Positions 24,510 to 33,235 of a stretch of 62,692 nucleotides of DNA are shown here, piece after piece (position 1 is the stretch's first letter; every line of letters begins with the position of its first letter). This DNA comes from Vicinamibacteraceae bacterium (GTDB lineage: Bacteria; Acidobacteriota; Vicinamibacteria; Vicinamibacterales; JAFNAJ01), in the NCBI GenBank assembly GCA_039812685.1, contig JBDIBB010000003.1:1-62692 (forward strand). The letters run 5' to 3'. The translations under genes and the position numbers were made by a program. The notes below the pieces were generated by a model. The model did not search any database and had not been told where the DNA came from. It saw only the letters and a list, made by a program, of their open reading frames with translations.

Positions 24510-27500
24510 TCAGAAGGTGTAGCGCACCGCCGCCCAGATCTTGCGGCCGCCGCCGTCAGTGCCCCACTGGTTGAGGAAGTTGGCCGAGTTGATGCGGCTG
24601 TCGGGCACGCCGAAGTTCCGGGTGTTCGTCAGGTTGAACGCCTCGAGCCGGATCTGGAAGTTCTGCCGCCCGAATCGGGTGTTCTTGATGAACCCGAGGT
24701 CGATGTTGCCGTAGCCGTCGGCGCGCAGCGTGTTGCGGCCCACGTTGCCCACCCGTTCGCCCGGGCAGGTGGCGCTCGCGAACCCGCAGAGCGGCTTGAA
24801 CAGGCTGGTGCCGCCCGCCGCGATGATCTCGGGGATGGTCATCTTCGACAGGTTCTCGGTCGTGTTGATGTTCGGCCGGATGGCGTTGCCGACCAGGCCG
24901 TCGATGCCCGAGAGCGCGCCGGTGGGATCGGCGCCGTTGTAGACCGAGAACGGCGAGCCGCTCTGCAGCGTGAAGTTCGAGCTGAGCTGCCAGCCGCCCA
25001 GGATCTTGCCGGCAAGGCCGGCCTGGTCGCGGAAGAACGGCAGCTCCCACACCACGTTGCCGGTGAAGCGGTGCGGGCGATCGAAGGAAGACAGGCCCTT
25101 GTCGCTCGCGATGTTGAAGGAATCCTGCGCGACGGCCACCTCGCCGCTCGACACGTTGAAGATCTCGGACGCCGTGTCGAGGTACTTGCTCCAGGTGTAA
25201 TGGATGCCCGTGCTGAAGCCGTTGCTGAAGCGCCGCTCGAGGCTGGTCTGCAGCGAGTGGTACCAGCTCTCGGCGGCGTTGGCGCGCAGGCGGATGACGC
25301 CGCGGTTCGGGTCGACGCGGGTGGCCGAGAACGGCTGCCGCGGGTTGCCGTCGAGCGTCTGGAACAGGCCGCGGCCGAGCGTGCCGACGTAGCCGACGCG
25401 CAGCGCCATGTTGCCGGCCAGCGCGCGCTGGATCTCGAGGCTCACCTGATGCGCCTCGGGCGAGCGGAAGTCGTCGGCCACCACCGTGCGCGTGATCAGG
25501 TTCGGGTTGCCCGTGAGCGTCAGCGAGTTGAGCGAGGTGAACGCGTTGGGACGGCCCGGCCCGCCTGGCGCCGTCTGCACGGTCGGCACCTCGAGGACGG
25601 CCACCTGCGGGAACGCGCTCGCGATGTTCAGGGCGATGTTCAGGAAGGCGTAGTCGTGCGTCAGCGCGTAGCCGCCGCGCACCACCATCTTGTCGCCGCC
25701 CGTGAGCATGCCGAGCACGCCGCTGCCGTCGGTCTTCGGGTTCCAGTTGAAGCCCACGCGCGGCTGCCAGTTGTTGGTGTCGCGCGGCGGCACCGGGGTC
25801 AGCCGGTAGGCTTCGTTCCCGCCTGCCGTCGCGACGATCTTGTCGTTGAGCTTCACCAGCGAGTCGGTGAAGTTGCCGGGCAGCTCGTAGCGGATGCCGT
25901 AGCTCAGCGTGAAGCCGGGCGTCACGCGCCACTCGTCCTGCGCGAAGAAGTAGACGTCGGCCCACTTGTAGTTGACCACCTCGGATCCGCCGGGCAGCGG
26001 CTTGTTGATCTGCGCCACGTTCGCGATGTCGTCCACGTAGCGCTGCAGCGTCGTGTACTGCAGCCGGCCGCGCAGCGTCGGGTTGAAGAAGCTGTCGATG
26101 TCGCTCGAACGCCAGTCGACCCCGAACTTCGTCGAGTGGCTGCCGGCCGTCCACGACAGGTTGTTCTGGATCTGCAGCAGGCCGTTCTTGCGCCACTGCG
26201 GCAGGTTGAGCGCCAGGCCGATGGCCGTGCGCGTGGCCGCGGCGTTGAACCCGAGCAGGCCGAGCTCGTTGATCTCGACCGACGGAATCTCCTGTGCCGA
26301 CACGTCGGCAGCCGTCGTCTCCGTGTCGAGGTACGAATAGCCGACGCGGAACTCGTTCACGAGGTTGTTGCCGAGGATGCCGGTCCACCACGTGGCGAAG
26401 GAGTGCGACTTCGACGGGCTGACGGTGGTCACCCCCGGGGGCGTCACCTGCCCCGAGCCGGTGTTGCGGCTGTTGTTGTAGAGATACCGCGCGCTCAGGA
26501 TGTGGCGGCCGTCGCCCAGCAGCTGGTGATCCACGCGGCCCGAGGTCTGGTAGTTCTTGAACTCGATCTTCGACGACCCGGTCAGCGAGCCGATCGGCAC
26601 GCTGTAGGCGACGCCGTCGTAGGTGAACGGCACGCTGCGGCCCAGCGGCGTCTGCGCCGCCGGCAGGAACTTCAGCAGCGCCTTGATCTGCGGCAGGTGG
26701 CCGACGGCGCTCTGCAGCACCTGGCGGCCGGCGTCGGTCGGCGCGCCGTTGAGCGTGGTGCCCGCGCCGAGCTGGTTCTGCGTCCACCGCTGGTAGGACC
26801 CGAAGAAGAAGGTACGCTGCCGGACGATGGGCCCGCCCAGCGTCCCGCCGTACTGGTTCTCCTCGAGGTAGGGCGCCTTGGTGCGGCCCGCCGCCTTGTC
26901 GAGGTTCGTCCGGGCGTTCAGCGCGTCCTCGTTCCGGAAGAAGAAGGCGCTGCCACGGAAGTCGTTGGTGCCGCTCTTGGTCACCACGCTCATCACCGAC
27001 CCGGCCGCGCGCCCGAACTCCGCGGCGAACTGGTTCGTGATGAGCCGCACCTCCTGGATGAGGTCGGTGTTGTTCATCGGCTGCTGGCGCCCGGTGACGC
27101 TCGGGTCGTTGCTGTCCTGGCCGTCGATCATGAAGTTGTTCGACCGGGTGCGCATCCCGTTCACCGAGAAGTTGGTGCCGCTGGCGAAGCTCGACTGGCC
27201 GGAGTTCACCTGGCTCACGCCGGCGGCCTGCAGTGCCAGGCTGAAGATGTCGCGCGTGTTGGCCACGGGCAGTTCGGCCACCTTGGTGTTGTCGAACCGC
27301 ACGCCCACCTCGGCGTTGGTCGTGTTCAGGATGGGCGACTCGGCGGTCACCTGCACGGTCTCGGCGAGGCTCGCCAGGCCGAGGGCGATGTCGATGACCG
27401 CCTCCTGGTTCAGCGACAGCGTGAGGCCGCTGCGCACGTACTTGCTGAAGCCGGCGAGTTCGGCCTCGAGTTCGTAACGCCCGACGGGCAGCGCCGCGAA

Positions 27501-27701
27501 GCGGAACACGCCGCTGGCGTCGGTGACGATGGTGCGCGAGAGGCCGGTGTCCACGTTGCGCACCGTGACGCCGACGCCGGGCAGCACCCCGGCCTGGGCG
27601 TCCTTGACCGTCCCGCTGATGGTGGCTGTCGTCGACTGCGCGGCGGCGTTGGCTGCCGGCGCGAGCAGCGCCAGCATGAGCAGGTACCTGACGTATCGCA
27701 T
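24510..27701 (-). CDS. TonB-dependent receptor with carboxypeptidase-regulatory-like N-terminal domain
   Basis: GGAGG lies upstream of ATG 27701. The signal peptide is MRYVRYLLMLALLAPAANAAAQ. Contains ISGTVKDAQAGVLPGVGVTVRNVDTG...RYELEAELAGF, and the C-terminus ends with a terminal aromatic (VRYTF). Confidence 0.85.
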   Translation of the reverse strand: MRYVRYLLMLALLAPAANAAAQSTTATISGTVKDAQAGVLPGVGVTVRNVDTGLSRTIVTDASGVFRFAALPVGRYELEAELAGFSKYVRSGLTLSLNQEAVIDIALGLASLAETVQVTAESPILNTTNAEVGVRFDNTKVAELPVANTRDIFSLALQAAGVSQVNSGQSSFASGTNFSVNGMRTRSNNFMIDGQDSNDPSVTGRQQPMNNTDLIQEVRLITNQFAAEFGRAAGSVMSVVTKSGTNDFRGSAFFFRNEDALNARTNLDKAAGRTKAPYLEENQYGGTLGGPIVRQRTFFFGSYQRWTQNQLGAGTTLNGAPTDAGRQVLQSAVGHLPQIKALLKFLPAAQTPLGRSVPFTYDGVAYSVPIGSLTGSSKIEFKNYQTSGRVDHQLLGDGRHILSARYLYNNSRNTGSGQVTPPGVTTVSPSKSHSFATWWTGILGNNLVNEFRVGYSYLDTETTAADVSAQEIPSVEINELGLLGFNAAATRTAIGLALNLPQWRKNGLLQIQNNLSWTAGSHSTKFGVDWRSSDIDSFFNPTLRGRLQYTTLQRYVDDIANVAQINKPLPGGSEVVNYKWADVYFFAQDEWRVTPGFTLSYGIRYELPGNFTDSLVKLNDKIVATAGGNEAYRLTPVPPRDTNNWQPRVGFNWNPKTDGSGVLGMLTGGDKMVVRGGYALTHDYAFLNIALNIASAFPQVAVLEVPTVQTAPGGPGRPNAFTSLNSLTLTGNPNLITRTVVADDFRSPEAHQVSLEIQRALAGNMALRVGYVGTLGRGLFQTLDGNPRQPFSATRVDPNRGVIRLRANAAESWYHSLQTSLERRFSNGFSTGIHYTWSKYLDTASEIFNVSSGEVAVAQDSFNIASDKGLSSFDRPHRFTGNVVWELPFFRDQAGLAGKILGGWQLSSNFTLQSGSPFSVYNGADPTGALSGIDGLVGNAIRPNINTTENLSKMTIPEIIAAGGTSLFKPLCGFASATCPGERVGNVGRNTLRADGYGNIDLGFIKNTRFGRQNFQIRLEAFNLTNTRNFGVPDSRINSANFLNQWGTDGGGRKIWAAVRYTF

Positions 27702-27910
27702 GATCCCCTCCCCTGGGAGCTGCACCGCCCGGCGGCACCCGGCACGAGTGACGCCGACCTCCGGCCGGCAGGCGCACGAGGCGCGCCCACGGTTCCCTCG
27801 CCTCCCCGCGTGACAGGCTCGGGAGTGACGACGGCTCTGACCCGACCTCGGTCAGCCTGGCAGCCATCGCAAGCGCGACATGGCCACGGCTGGGCTGGCT
27901 TACGGCCGCG

Positions 27911-27939
27911 AAGCTACGTCGCGCCGGTTGTGTTGTCAA
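27911..27939 (-). promoter_or_regulatory. sigma-70-like promoter TTGACA-17-TAGCTT for the TonB-dependent receptor
   Basis: Consensus -35 at 27939-27934, an exact 17-nt spacer, and -10 at 27916-27911. It lies in the most A/T-rich patch of the 311-nt spacer and predicts a leader of about 200 nt. Confidence 0.45.
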
Positions 27940-28012
27940 TCAAGGTTGGACGTCAAACAGCCGGACGCCGCGCGCGGGCGTGCGAGCGGGCCCGCTGGTG
28001 CCCGCACCGGCT

Positions 28013-29263
28013 TCACCCGGCGAGTTCGGACACGGCCGCCAGCACGCGTTCCACCTCGTCACCGGTGGTGTAGGCCGCGCACCCGAGCCGGACCAGGCCA
28101 TCGTCCTCGTGGCCGAGGCGGCGAACGACGGTCTGCGCGTAGAAATCGCCGTGCGACACGAAGAGGCCCCGCCCGGCGCAGTGCCGCGCCACCTGTTCCG
28201 ACCGGTGCGCACCCATCGCGAAGGACAGCGTCGAGGTGCGCGGGCGTGCCGGCGGCGGGCCGTAGAGGGTGAGGCCGGGTACGCCCCGCAGGACCTCCCA
28301 CAGTCTCGTCACCTGCGCCAGACCACGCTCGTGCAGCACCCCGAAGGTGGCCGCCAGGGCTTCGCGCCGCGAAGCCGCACCCGAGGCCAGCGACGCCAGC
28401 CAGTCCACGGCCGCCCCGGCGCCGGCGATGGCTTCGTGACTCAGGGTGCCGGTCTCGAGGCGGTCGGGTGCGTGATCGGGCGCCGGCTCCAGCTTCGGCG
28501 CGTCGAGCCGCTCCAGGAGGTCGCGGCGTCCGTAGAGCACGCCGAGGTGCGGCCCGTAGAACTTGTAGGGTGAGCACACGAGGAAGTCGCAGCCGATCGC
28601 CTGCACGTCCACCAGCGCGTGGGCCGCGAAGTGCACCGCGTCCACGAAGCACAGGGCGCCCGCGTCGTGCGCCAGCCTCGTCGCGGCGGCGACGTCGGTG
28701 ATGGTGCCCAGGGCGTTGGAGGCGGCGCCGATCGCCAGCAGCCGCGTCCGCCGGGTGAAGGCCGCCTCCAGCGCGTCCCAGCGCAGCTCGCCGCTGGCGG
28801 GCTCCATCGGCACCGTGCGGGTGCGAATGCCGTGCTCGCGGCCGAGGGCGCGCCACGTGTCGGCGTTCGCGTGGTGATCGAGTTCGGTGACGATCACCTC
28901 GTCGCCCGCGCTCCAGCCGCGCGCCAGCGCCCGCCCCACGTGCAGCGTCAGCGACGTCATGTTCTGTCCGAACACCACCTCCTGCGGCGTCGCGTTGAGG
29001 AAGTCGGCCAGGGCCTCGCGCGATCGCTGGATGGCCGCGTCGGTTTCCACCGACGAGGGGTAGGCCCAGTGCGTGTTCGCGTTGTGGTGCAGGAGGTAGT
29101 CGCTCATCGCGTCGGCCACCGCCCGCGGGACCTGCGTCCCGCCCGGGCCGTCGAAGTAGGCGACGGCGTGGCCCCGATGACGGCGGGCGAGCGCGGGGAA
29201 ATGCTGACGAATCGTCTCAACGGTGGCGACGGGGCCGTTCGACGGCGGGGTGACGAGGTTCAT
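28013..29263 (-). CDS. cysteine desulfurase-like aminotransferase class V
   Basis: Contains YFDGPGGTQVP, the TELDHHAN context and SPYKFYGPH (PLP-lysine). Confidence 0.85.
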   Translation of the reverse strand: MNLVTPPSNGPVATVETIRQHFPALARRHRGHAVAYFDGPGGTQVPRAVADAMSDYLLHHNANTHWAYPSSVETDAAIQRSREALADFLNATPQEVVFGQNMTSLTLHVGRALARGWSAGDEVIVTELDHHANADTWRALGREHGIRTRTVPMEPASGELRWDALEAAFTRRTRLLAIGAASNALGTITDVAAATRLAHDAGALCFVDAVHFAAHALVDVQAIGCDFLVCSPYKFYGPHLGVLYGRRDLLERLDAPKLEPAPDHAPDRLETGTLSHEAIAGAGAAVDWLASLASGAASRREALAATFGVLHERGLAQVTRLWEVLRGVPGLTLYGPPPARPRTSTLSFAMGAHRSEQVARHCAGRGLFVSHGDFYAQTVVRRLGHEDDGLVRLGCAAYTTGDEVERVLAAVSELAG

Positions 29264-29407
29264 GGGTGGATACCTGGCGCGCGTGTGCGATGGCATCCTA
29301 CACCCGTGCGCGGCCTGTTCCGGCCGGAGCGGCGCGGTGTCGCCCGGGTCGCGACGGCGCACGTCTGGCGCGGCGCCCGGGCCCGCCTCTGATAGGCTGT
29401 GCCGAGC

Positions 29408-29731
29408 ATGGTGACCACCACCACCTGCCCGCACTGTCACCGCGGCTTCGATGCGGGGCCCCTGTACTGCCCGCATTGCTTCATGAAGATCCCGGCGATG
29501 CTGCGGCCGCCCACTCCCGCGCCGCCCCCACGACCGGGGCACGAGGCCCGCGAGCCGGCCGTGCGCCGTCCGCGCCCGGGCGAGCCGCGCAAGCCGCGTG
29601 AGGCGAAGACGAAGGCGACGGCGACGACGGCGGCGGCGTCTGCCGGGCAGTGCCCTGCCTGCTCGCATCCCATCACCGCGAAGGACGAGTGGTGCCGGTG
29701 GTGCCACTGGCCGGTGAACCGCAGGCCGTAG
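29408..29731 (+). CDS. small double zinc-ribbon protein with Pro/Arg/Lys-rich linker
   Basis: CPHC-x10-CPHC at the N-terminus and CPAC-x11-CRWC at the C-terminus. High GC3. ATG 29408 (GTG 29399 is the alternative). Confidence 0.5.
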   Translation: MVTTTTCPHCHRGFDAGPLYCPHCFMKIPAMLRPPTPAPPPRPGHEAREPAVRRPRPGEPRKPREAKTKATATTAAASAGQCPACSHPITAKDEWCRWCHWPVNRRP

Positions 29732-29771
29732 GGCGCCGGGTCCCTACCCGCCGCTGCGCGTTTCGGTCAGA

Positions 29772-31859
29772 ATGGCTGCCGCCATGCGCACCCTGTCCAT
29801 GCTCCTGGTCGTGATTTGCCTCGCCGGCGCCGCGCTGCCGGCCTCGGCCCAGTCTCCGGGCGCCAGCGCGCGAGCCCACGCGCTGATGCCCGCACCCGCC
29901 TCGCTGGTCCCGGCCGAAGGACGCCTGGCGATTGCCCGCGAGTCGACGGTGGCGCTCACCGGCGCCGCGGCTGGCGATCGCCGCCTGCGTGATGCCGTGG
30001 ATCGGACCCTCCGCCGGCTCGAGCGGCGTACCGGCCTCGAGTTCGCCGCGCGCGCGCCGGTCAGCGACGCCGAGGCCGCGACGATGGTCGTCGAGGTGGC
30101 GGGCACCGGTGGCGCCGTGCCGGCACTCGGTGACGACGAGTCGTACACGCTGGTGGTCGGACCGCGGCAGGCACGGCTGACGGCTCCGCTCGTCGCCGGC
30201 GCGCTTCGGGGCCTCGAGACGCTGCTGCAGTGGCTCGACGGGCCCGGCGGCGCATGGGGGCTCGACGCCGTGCGCATCGACGACCGGCCGCGGTTCCCCT
30301 GGCGCGGCCTCATGCTCGACGTGGCGCGCCACTGGATGCCGATCGAGGTGGTGAAGCGGCAGCTCGACGCCATGGCGGCCGTCAAGCTCAACGTGCTGCA
30401 CCTGCACCTGAGCGAGGATCAGGGCTTCCGCATCGAGTCGACCCGTTACCCGAAGCTGCACCAGCAGGGCAGCGACGGCTTCTACTTCACGCAGGCCCAG
30501 GCGCGGGAGATCGTCGCCTACGCGGCCGACCGCGGTGTCCGCGTGGTGCCCGAGTTCGACATGCCGGGTCACGTGACCGCCTGGCTCGTCGGGTACCCCG
30601 AGCTCGGGAGCGCGCCGGGACCGTACGCGATCGAGCGCGGCTGGGGCATCTTCGACCCGGCGCTGGACCCCGCCCGTGAGGCGCTCTATCCCTTCCTCGA
30701 CCGGTTCCTGGGCGAGATGGCGGCGCTGTTCCCCGACGCGTACCTGCACATCGGGGGCGACGAGAACAACGGCAAGCAGTGGCTGGCCAACCCGGCGATC
30801 GCCGCCTTCATGAAGCAGCGCGGACTGGCCGACCCGCACGCGCTGCAGGCCCATTTCAACCAGCGCGTGCAGAAGATCCTGCAGAAGCACGGCAAGAAGA
30901 TGGTGGGCTGGGACGAGGTGCTGCACCCCGACCTGCCGAAGGACATCGTCATCCACTCGTGGCGCGGGCAGAAGTCGCTGTTCGAGGCGGCACGCCAGGG
31001 CTACAGCGGCATTCTCTCCAACGGCTGGTACATCGACCTCCAGCAGCCGACGGCACAGCACTACCTGGTGGATCCGCTGCCGCCCGATCACGGGCTCGAC
31101 GAGGTCGAGGCGGCCCGCGTGCTCGGCGGCGAGGCGACGATGTGGGCCGAGTTCGTCGATCCGTACACGATCGATTCGCGCGTGTGGCCCCGTACGGCGG
31201 CCATCGCCGAGCGGCTGTGGTCTCCGCGCGAGGTGCGCGACGTCGGCGACATGTTCCGGCGCCTCGAGGTCGTCAGCGTGCAGCTCGAGGATCTCGGCCT
31301 GAGTCACGAGGCGCACGTGGCCCGCATGGCGCGCGCCATCGTGGGTGGCCGCGACACCGCGGCGCTCGAAACCCTGCTGTCGGTGGTGGGGCCGGTGCGG
31401 GGCTACCGGCGGGGCCAGGAGTTCAACCGTGCATACGGACGGCGACCCACGCAGATGACGCCGCTGACGAGACTGGTCGACGCCGCGATCGCCGATCCCG
31501 CGGGCGCACGTGCGCTTGCGGCGCGCGTGGAGCGGCTGCTGGCCGACGCACCCGCCTTCGATCGCGATCGCGACGCGCTGCGGCGCACCTTCGACGCCTG
31601 GCGCGACGCCGCGCGTGCGCTGGACCGGCTGGCCGACACGCGGCCGCTCCTGTTCGAGGCGCGCGGGCTCTCGGCCGATCTCGGTGCGCTGGGCGACATC
31701 GGCCTCGATGCGCTGTCGAGGCTCGGCCGCGGCGCTGGCGCCACCGCCTGGCGCGACGCCGCGCTCGAGCGCCTCGAGCAGGCAGCCGCGCCACGAGTGG
31801 AGGTGGAGTTCAACGTGATCGAACCGCTGCGGCGGCTCGTGGAGGCGGCGGCGAAGTAG
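29772..31859 (+). CDS. exported beta-N-acetylhexosaminidase (GH20)
   Basis: Has a signal peptide. Contains RFPWRGLMLDVARHW, LHLHLSEDQGFR and HIGGDE (catalytic D-E). Confidence 0.9.
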   Translation: MAAAMRTLSMLLVVICLAGAALPASAQSPGASARAHALMPAPASLVPAEGRLAIARESTVALTGAAAGDRRLRDAVDRTLRRLERRTGLEFAARAPVSDAEAATMVVEVAGTGGAVPALGDDESYTLVVGPRQARLTAPLVAGALRGLETLLQWLDGPGGAWGLDAVRIDDRPRFPWRGLMLDVARHWMPIEVVKRQLDAMAAVKLNVLHLHLSEDQGFRIESTRYPKLHQQGSDGFYFTQAQAREIVAYAADRGVRVVPEFDMPGHVTAWLVGYPELGSAPGPYAIERGWGIFDPALDPAREALYPFLDRFLGEMAALFPDAYLHIGGDENNGKQWLANPAIAAFMKQRGLADPHALQAHFNQRVQKILQKHGKKMVGWDEVLHPDLPKDIVIHSWRGQKSLFEAARQGYSGILSNGWYIDLQQPTAQHYLVDPLPPDHGLDEVEAARVLGGEATMWAEFVDPYTIDSRVWPRTAAIAERLWSPREVRDVGDMFRRLEVVSVQLEDLGLSHEAHVARMARAIVGGRDTAALETLLSVVGPVRGYRRGQEFNRAYGRRPTQMTPLTRLVDAAIADPAGARALAARVERLLADAPAFDRDRDALRRTFDAWRDAARALDRLADTRPLLFEARGLSADLGALGDIGLDALSRLGRGAGATAWRDAALERLEQAAAPRVEVEFNVIEPLRRLVEAAAK

Positions 31860-31883
31860 GGGCGGGTGGCGCGTCGCCGGCGA

Positions 31884-32726
31884 TCACACCGGGGCGGCGC
31901 GCGTCAGGAAACGCCGCACCAGCTGTTCCACCGCGAAGCGGCGATAGGCGGCCGTCGATCGCACGTCGTCGATCGGCGTGATTTCGGTTGCCGCCACCGC
32001 GGCGGCGCCCGCGATGGCCGAGGCCGTCAGCGATCGGCCCAACAGGTGCTGTTCGGCGGCGCGCAGGCGCAGCGGAACGGCGGCGACCGAGGCGGCGGCG
32101 AGCCTGATGTGCGACACGCAGTCGCCTTCCACGGCCAGGCTGCCGGCGACGCCCACGCGTGCGATCGACTGCGCGGCCCGCGTGCCCACCTTGTGGTAGG
32201 CCGAGTGCGTGCCGGCGGCCGGCCACCGCACGATCACCGCCACAATCAGCTCGTCGGCCGCGCAATCGACGCGGCGGTAGGCCGTGAAGAATCGCTCGAG
32301 GCCGACGCGCCGGGTGGTGTGCGCCGAGGCCAGTTCGATCTCCGCGTCGTAGGCCAGCAGGGCCGGTGGCAGGTCGGCGGCCGGGCTGGCGTTGGCGAGG
32401 TTGCCGGCAATCGTGCCCATGTTGCGGATGGCCGGAGCGCCCACCGTGCCCGCGGCCTCGGCCAGCGCGGGCAGCCGCCGCCGCAACGACGGATGGCGGG
32501 CGAGCGCCTGGTGTGTTGCGCCGGCACCGATGCGCACGCCATCCTCCGCCTCGAGGATCGTCTTCAGCTCCTCGATCTGGTCGAGGGCGATGACCTCGAC
32601 GGGCCGCGCCGCGCCGGCCTGCCATTGCGCCAGCAGGTCGGTGCCGCCCAGCAGCGGTTGCGCGGCGGGGCGGATCGCCTTCGCCTCGAGCGCTTCGCGC
32701 AGCGTCGCCGGGGTGTGGACGATCAC
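31884..32726 (-). CDS. molybdenum hydroxylase FAD-binding (medium) subunit
   Basis: Contains LLGGTDLL and GTIAGNLANASPAADL. GTG 32726 overlaps the TGA of the small subunit (GTGA). Confidence 0.85.
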   Translation of the reverse strand: MIVHTPATLREALEAKAIRPAAQPLLGGTDLLAQWQAGAARPVEVIALDQIEELKTILEAEDGVRIGAGATHQALARHPSLRRRLPALAEAAGTVGAPAIRNMGTIAGNLANASPAADLPPALLAYDAEIELASAHTTRRVGLERFFTAYRRVDCAADELIVAVIVRWPAAGTHSAYHKVGTRAAQSIARVGVAGSLAVEGDCVSHIRLAAASVAAVPLRLRAAEQHLLGRSLTASAIAGAAAVAATEITPIDDVRSTAAYRRFAVEQLVRRFLTRAAPV

Positions 32727-33235
32727 GAGCGCTCTCCGTCGCTGGCGGCCACCTCTTCGGCCACCTGCGTGACCGCCGCGACCAGGCCCTGGTAGCCGGT
32801 GCAGCGGCACAGGTTGCCGGCGAGCGCCTCGCGCGCGCTGACCGGCGGCCGGCTCTCCACGTACCACCAGGCCGCCACCACGAAGCCCGGCGTGCAGAAG
32901 CCGCATTGCACGCCACCGCGCTCGACCATCGCCCGCTGCAGTTGTCTCCCGATCGGCGTGGCGCCCACGCCTTCCACCGTGACCAGGAGCGCATCGTCGG
33001 GCACGGCCGCGGCCAGTTGCAGGCACGACAGCTTCAAGACGCCGTTGACGACCACGCTGCAGGCGCCGCACTCGCCCTCGCCGCAGCCTTCCTTCGTCCC
33101 GGTGAGGCCCAGCACGTCGCGGACGACGTCGAGCAGTCGGGCCGCGGGCTCGAACGTGACACGGCGCGGCGTTCCGTTGATCGTCCACTGCCGCGTGATC
33201 GCCCCGCCCTCCATCGTTGCGGTCCTCAGGCTCAT
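32723..33235 (-). CDS. molybdenum hydroxylase [2Fe-2S] (small) subunit
   Basis: Contains CGEGECGACSV, CGFCTPG and CRCTGY. ATG 33235 overlaps the TGA of the large subunit (ATGA). Confidence 0.9.
   Translation of the reverse strand: MSLRTATMEGGAITRQWTINGTPRRVTFEPAARLLDVVRDVLGLTGTKEGCGEGECGACSVVVNGVLKLSCLQLAAAVPDDALLVTVEGVGATPIGRQLQRAMVERGGVQCGFCTPGFVVAAWWYVESRPPVSAREALAGNLCRCTGYQGLVAAVTQVAEEVAASDGERS

Noticed and set aside
27702-27910. Cobalamin (or other) riboswitch in the long leader of the TonB-dependent receptor.
   Set aside because: I could not find a B12-box-like element or any other riboswitch core by eye. It is kept only as an unexplained long leader, pending an Infernal scan.
24556-28073. 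Very long ORFs (1,127 aa on the minus strand in another frame and 1,000 aa on the plus strand) overlapping the TonB-dependent receptor gene.
   Set aside because: Their translations are Arg/Ala/Gly/Pro-rich low-complexity strings with no motifs. This is typical of stop-poor alternative frames in GC-rich DNA. The receptor frame has clear family motifs, a signal peptide and an SD.
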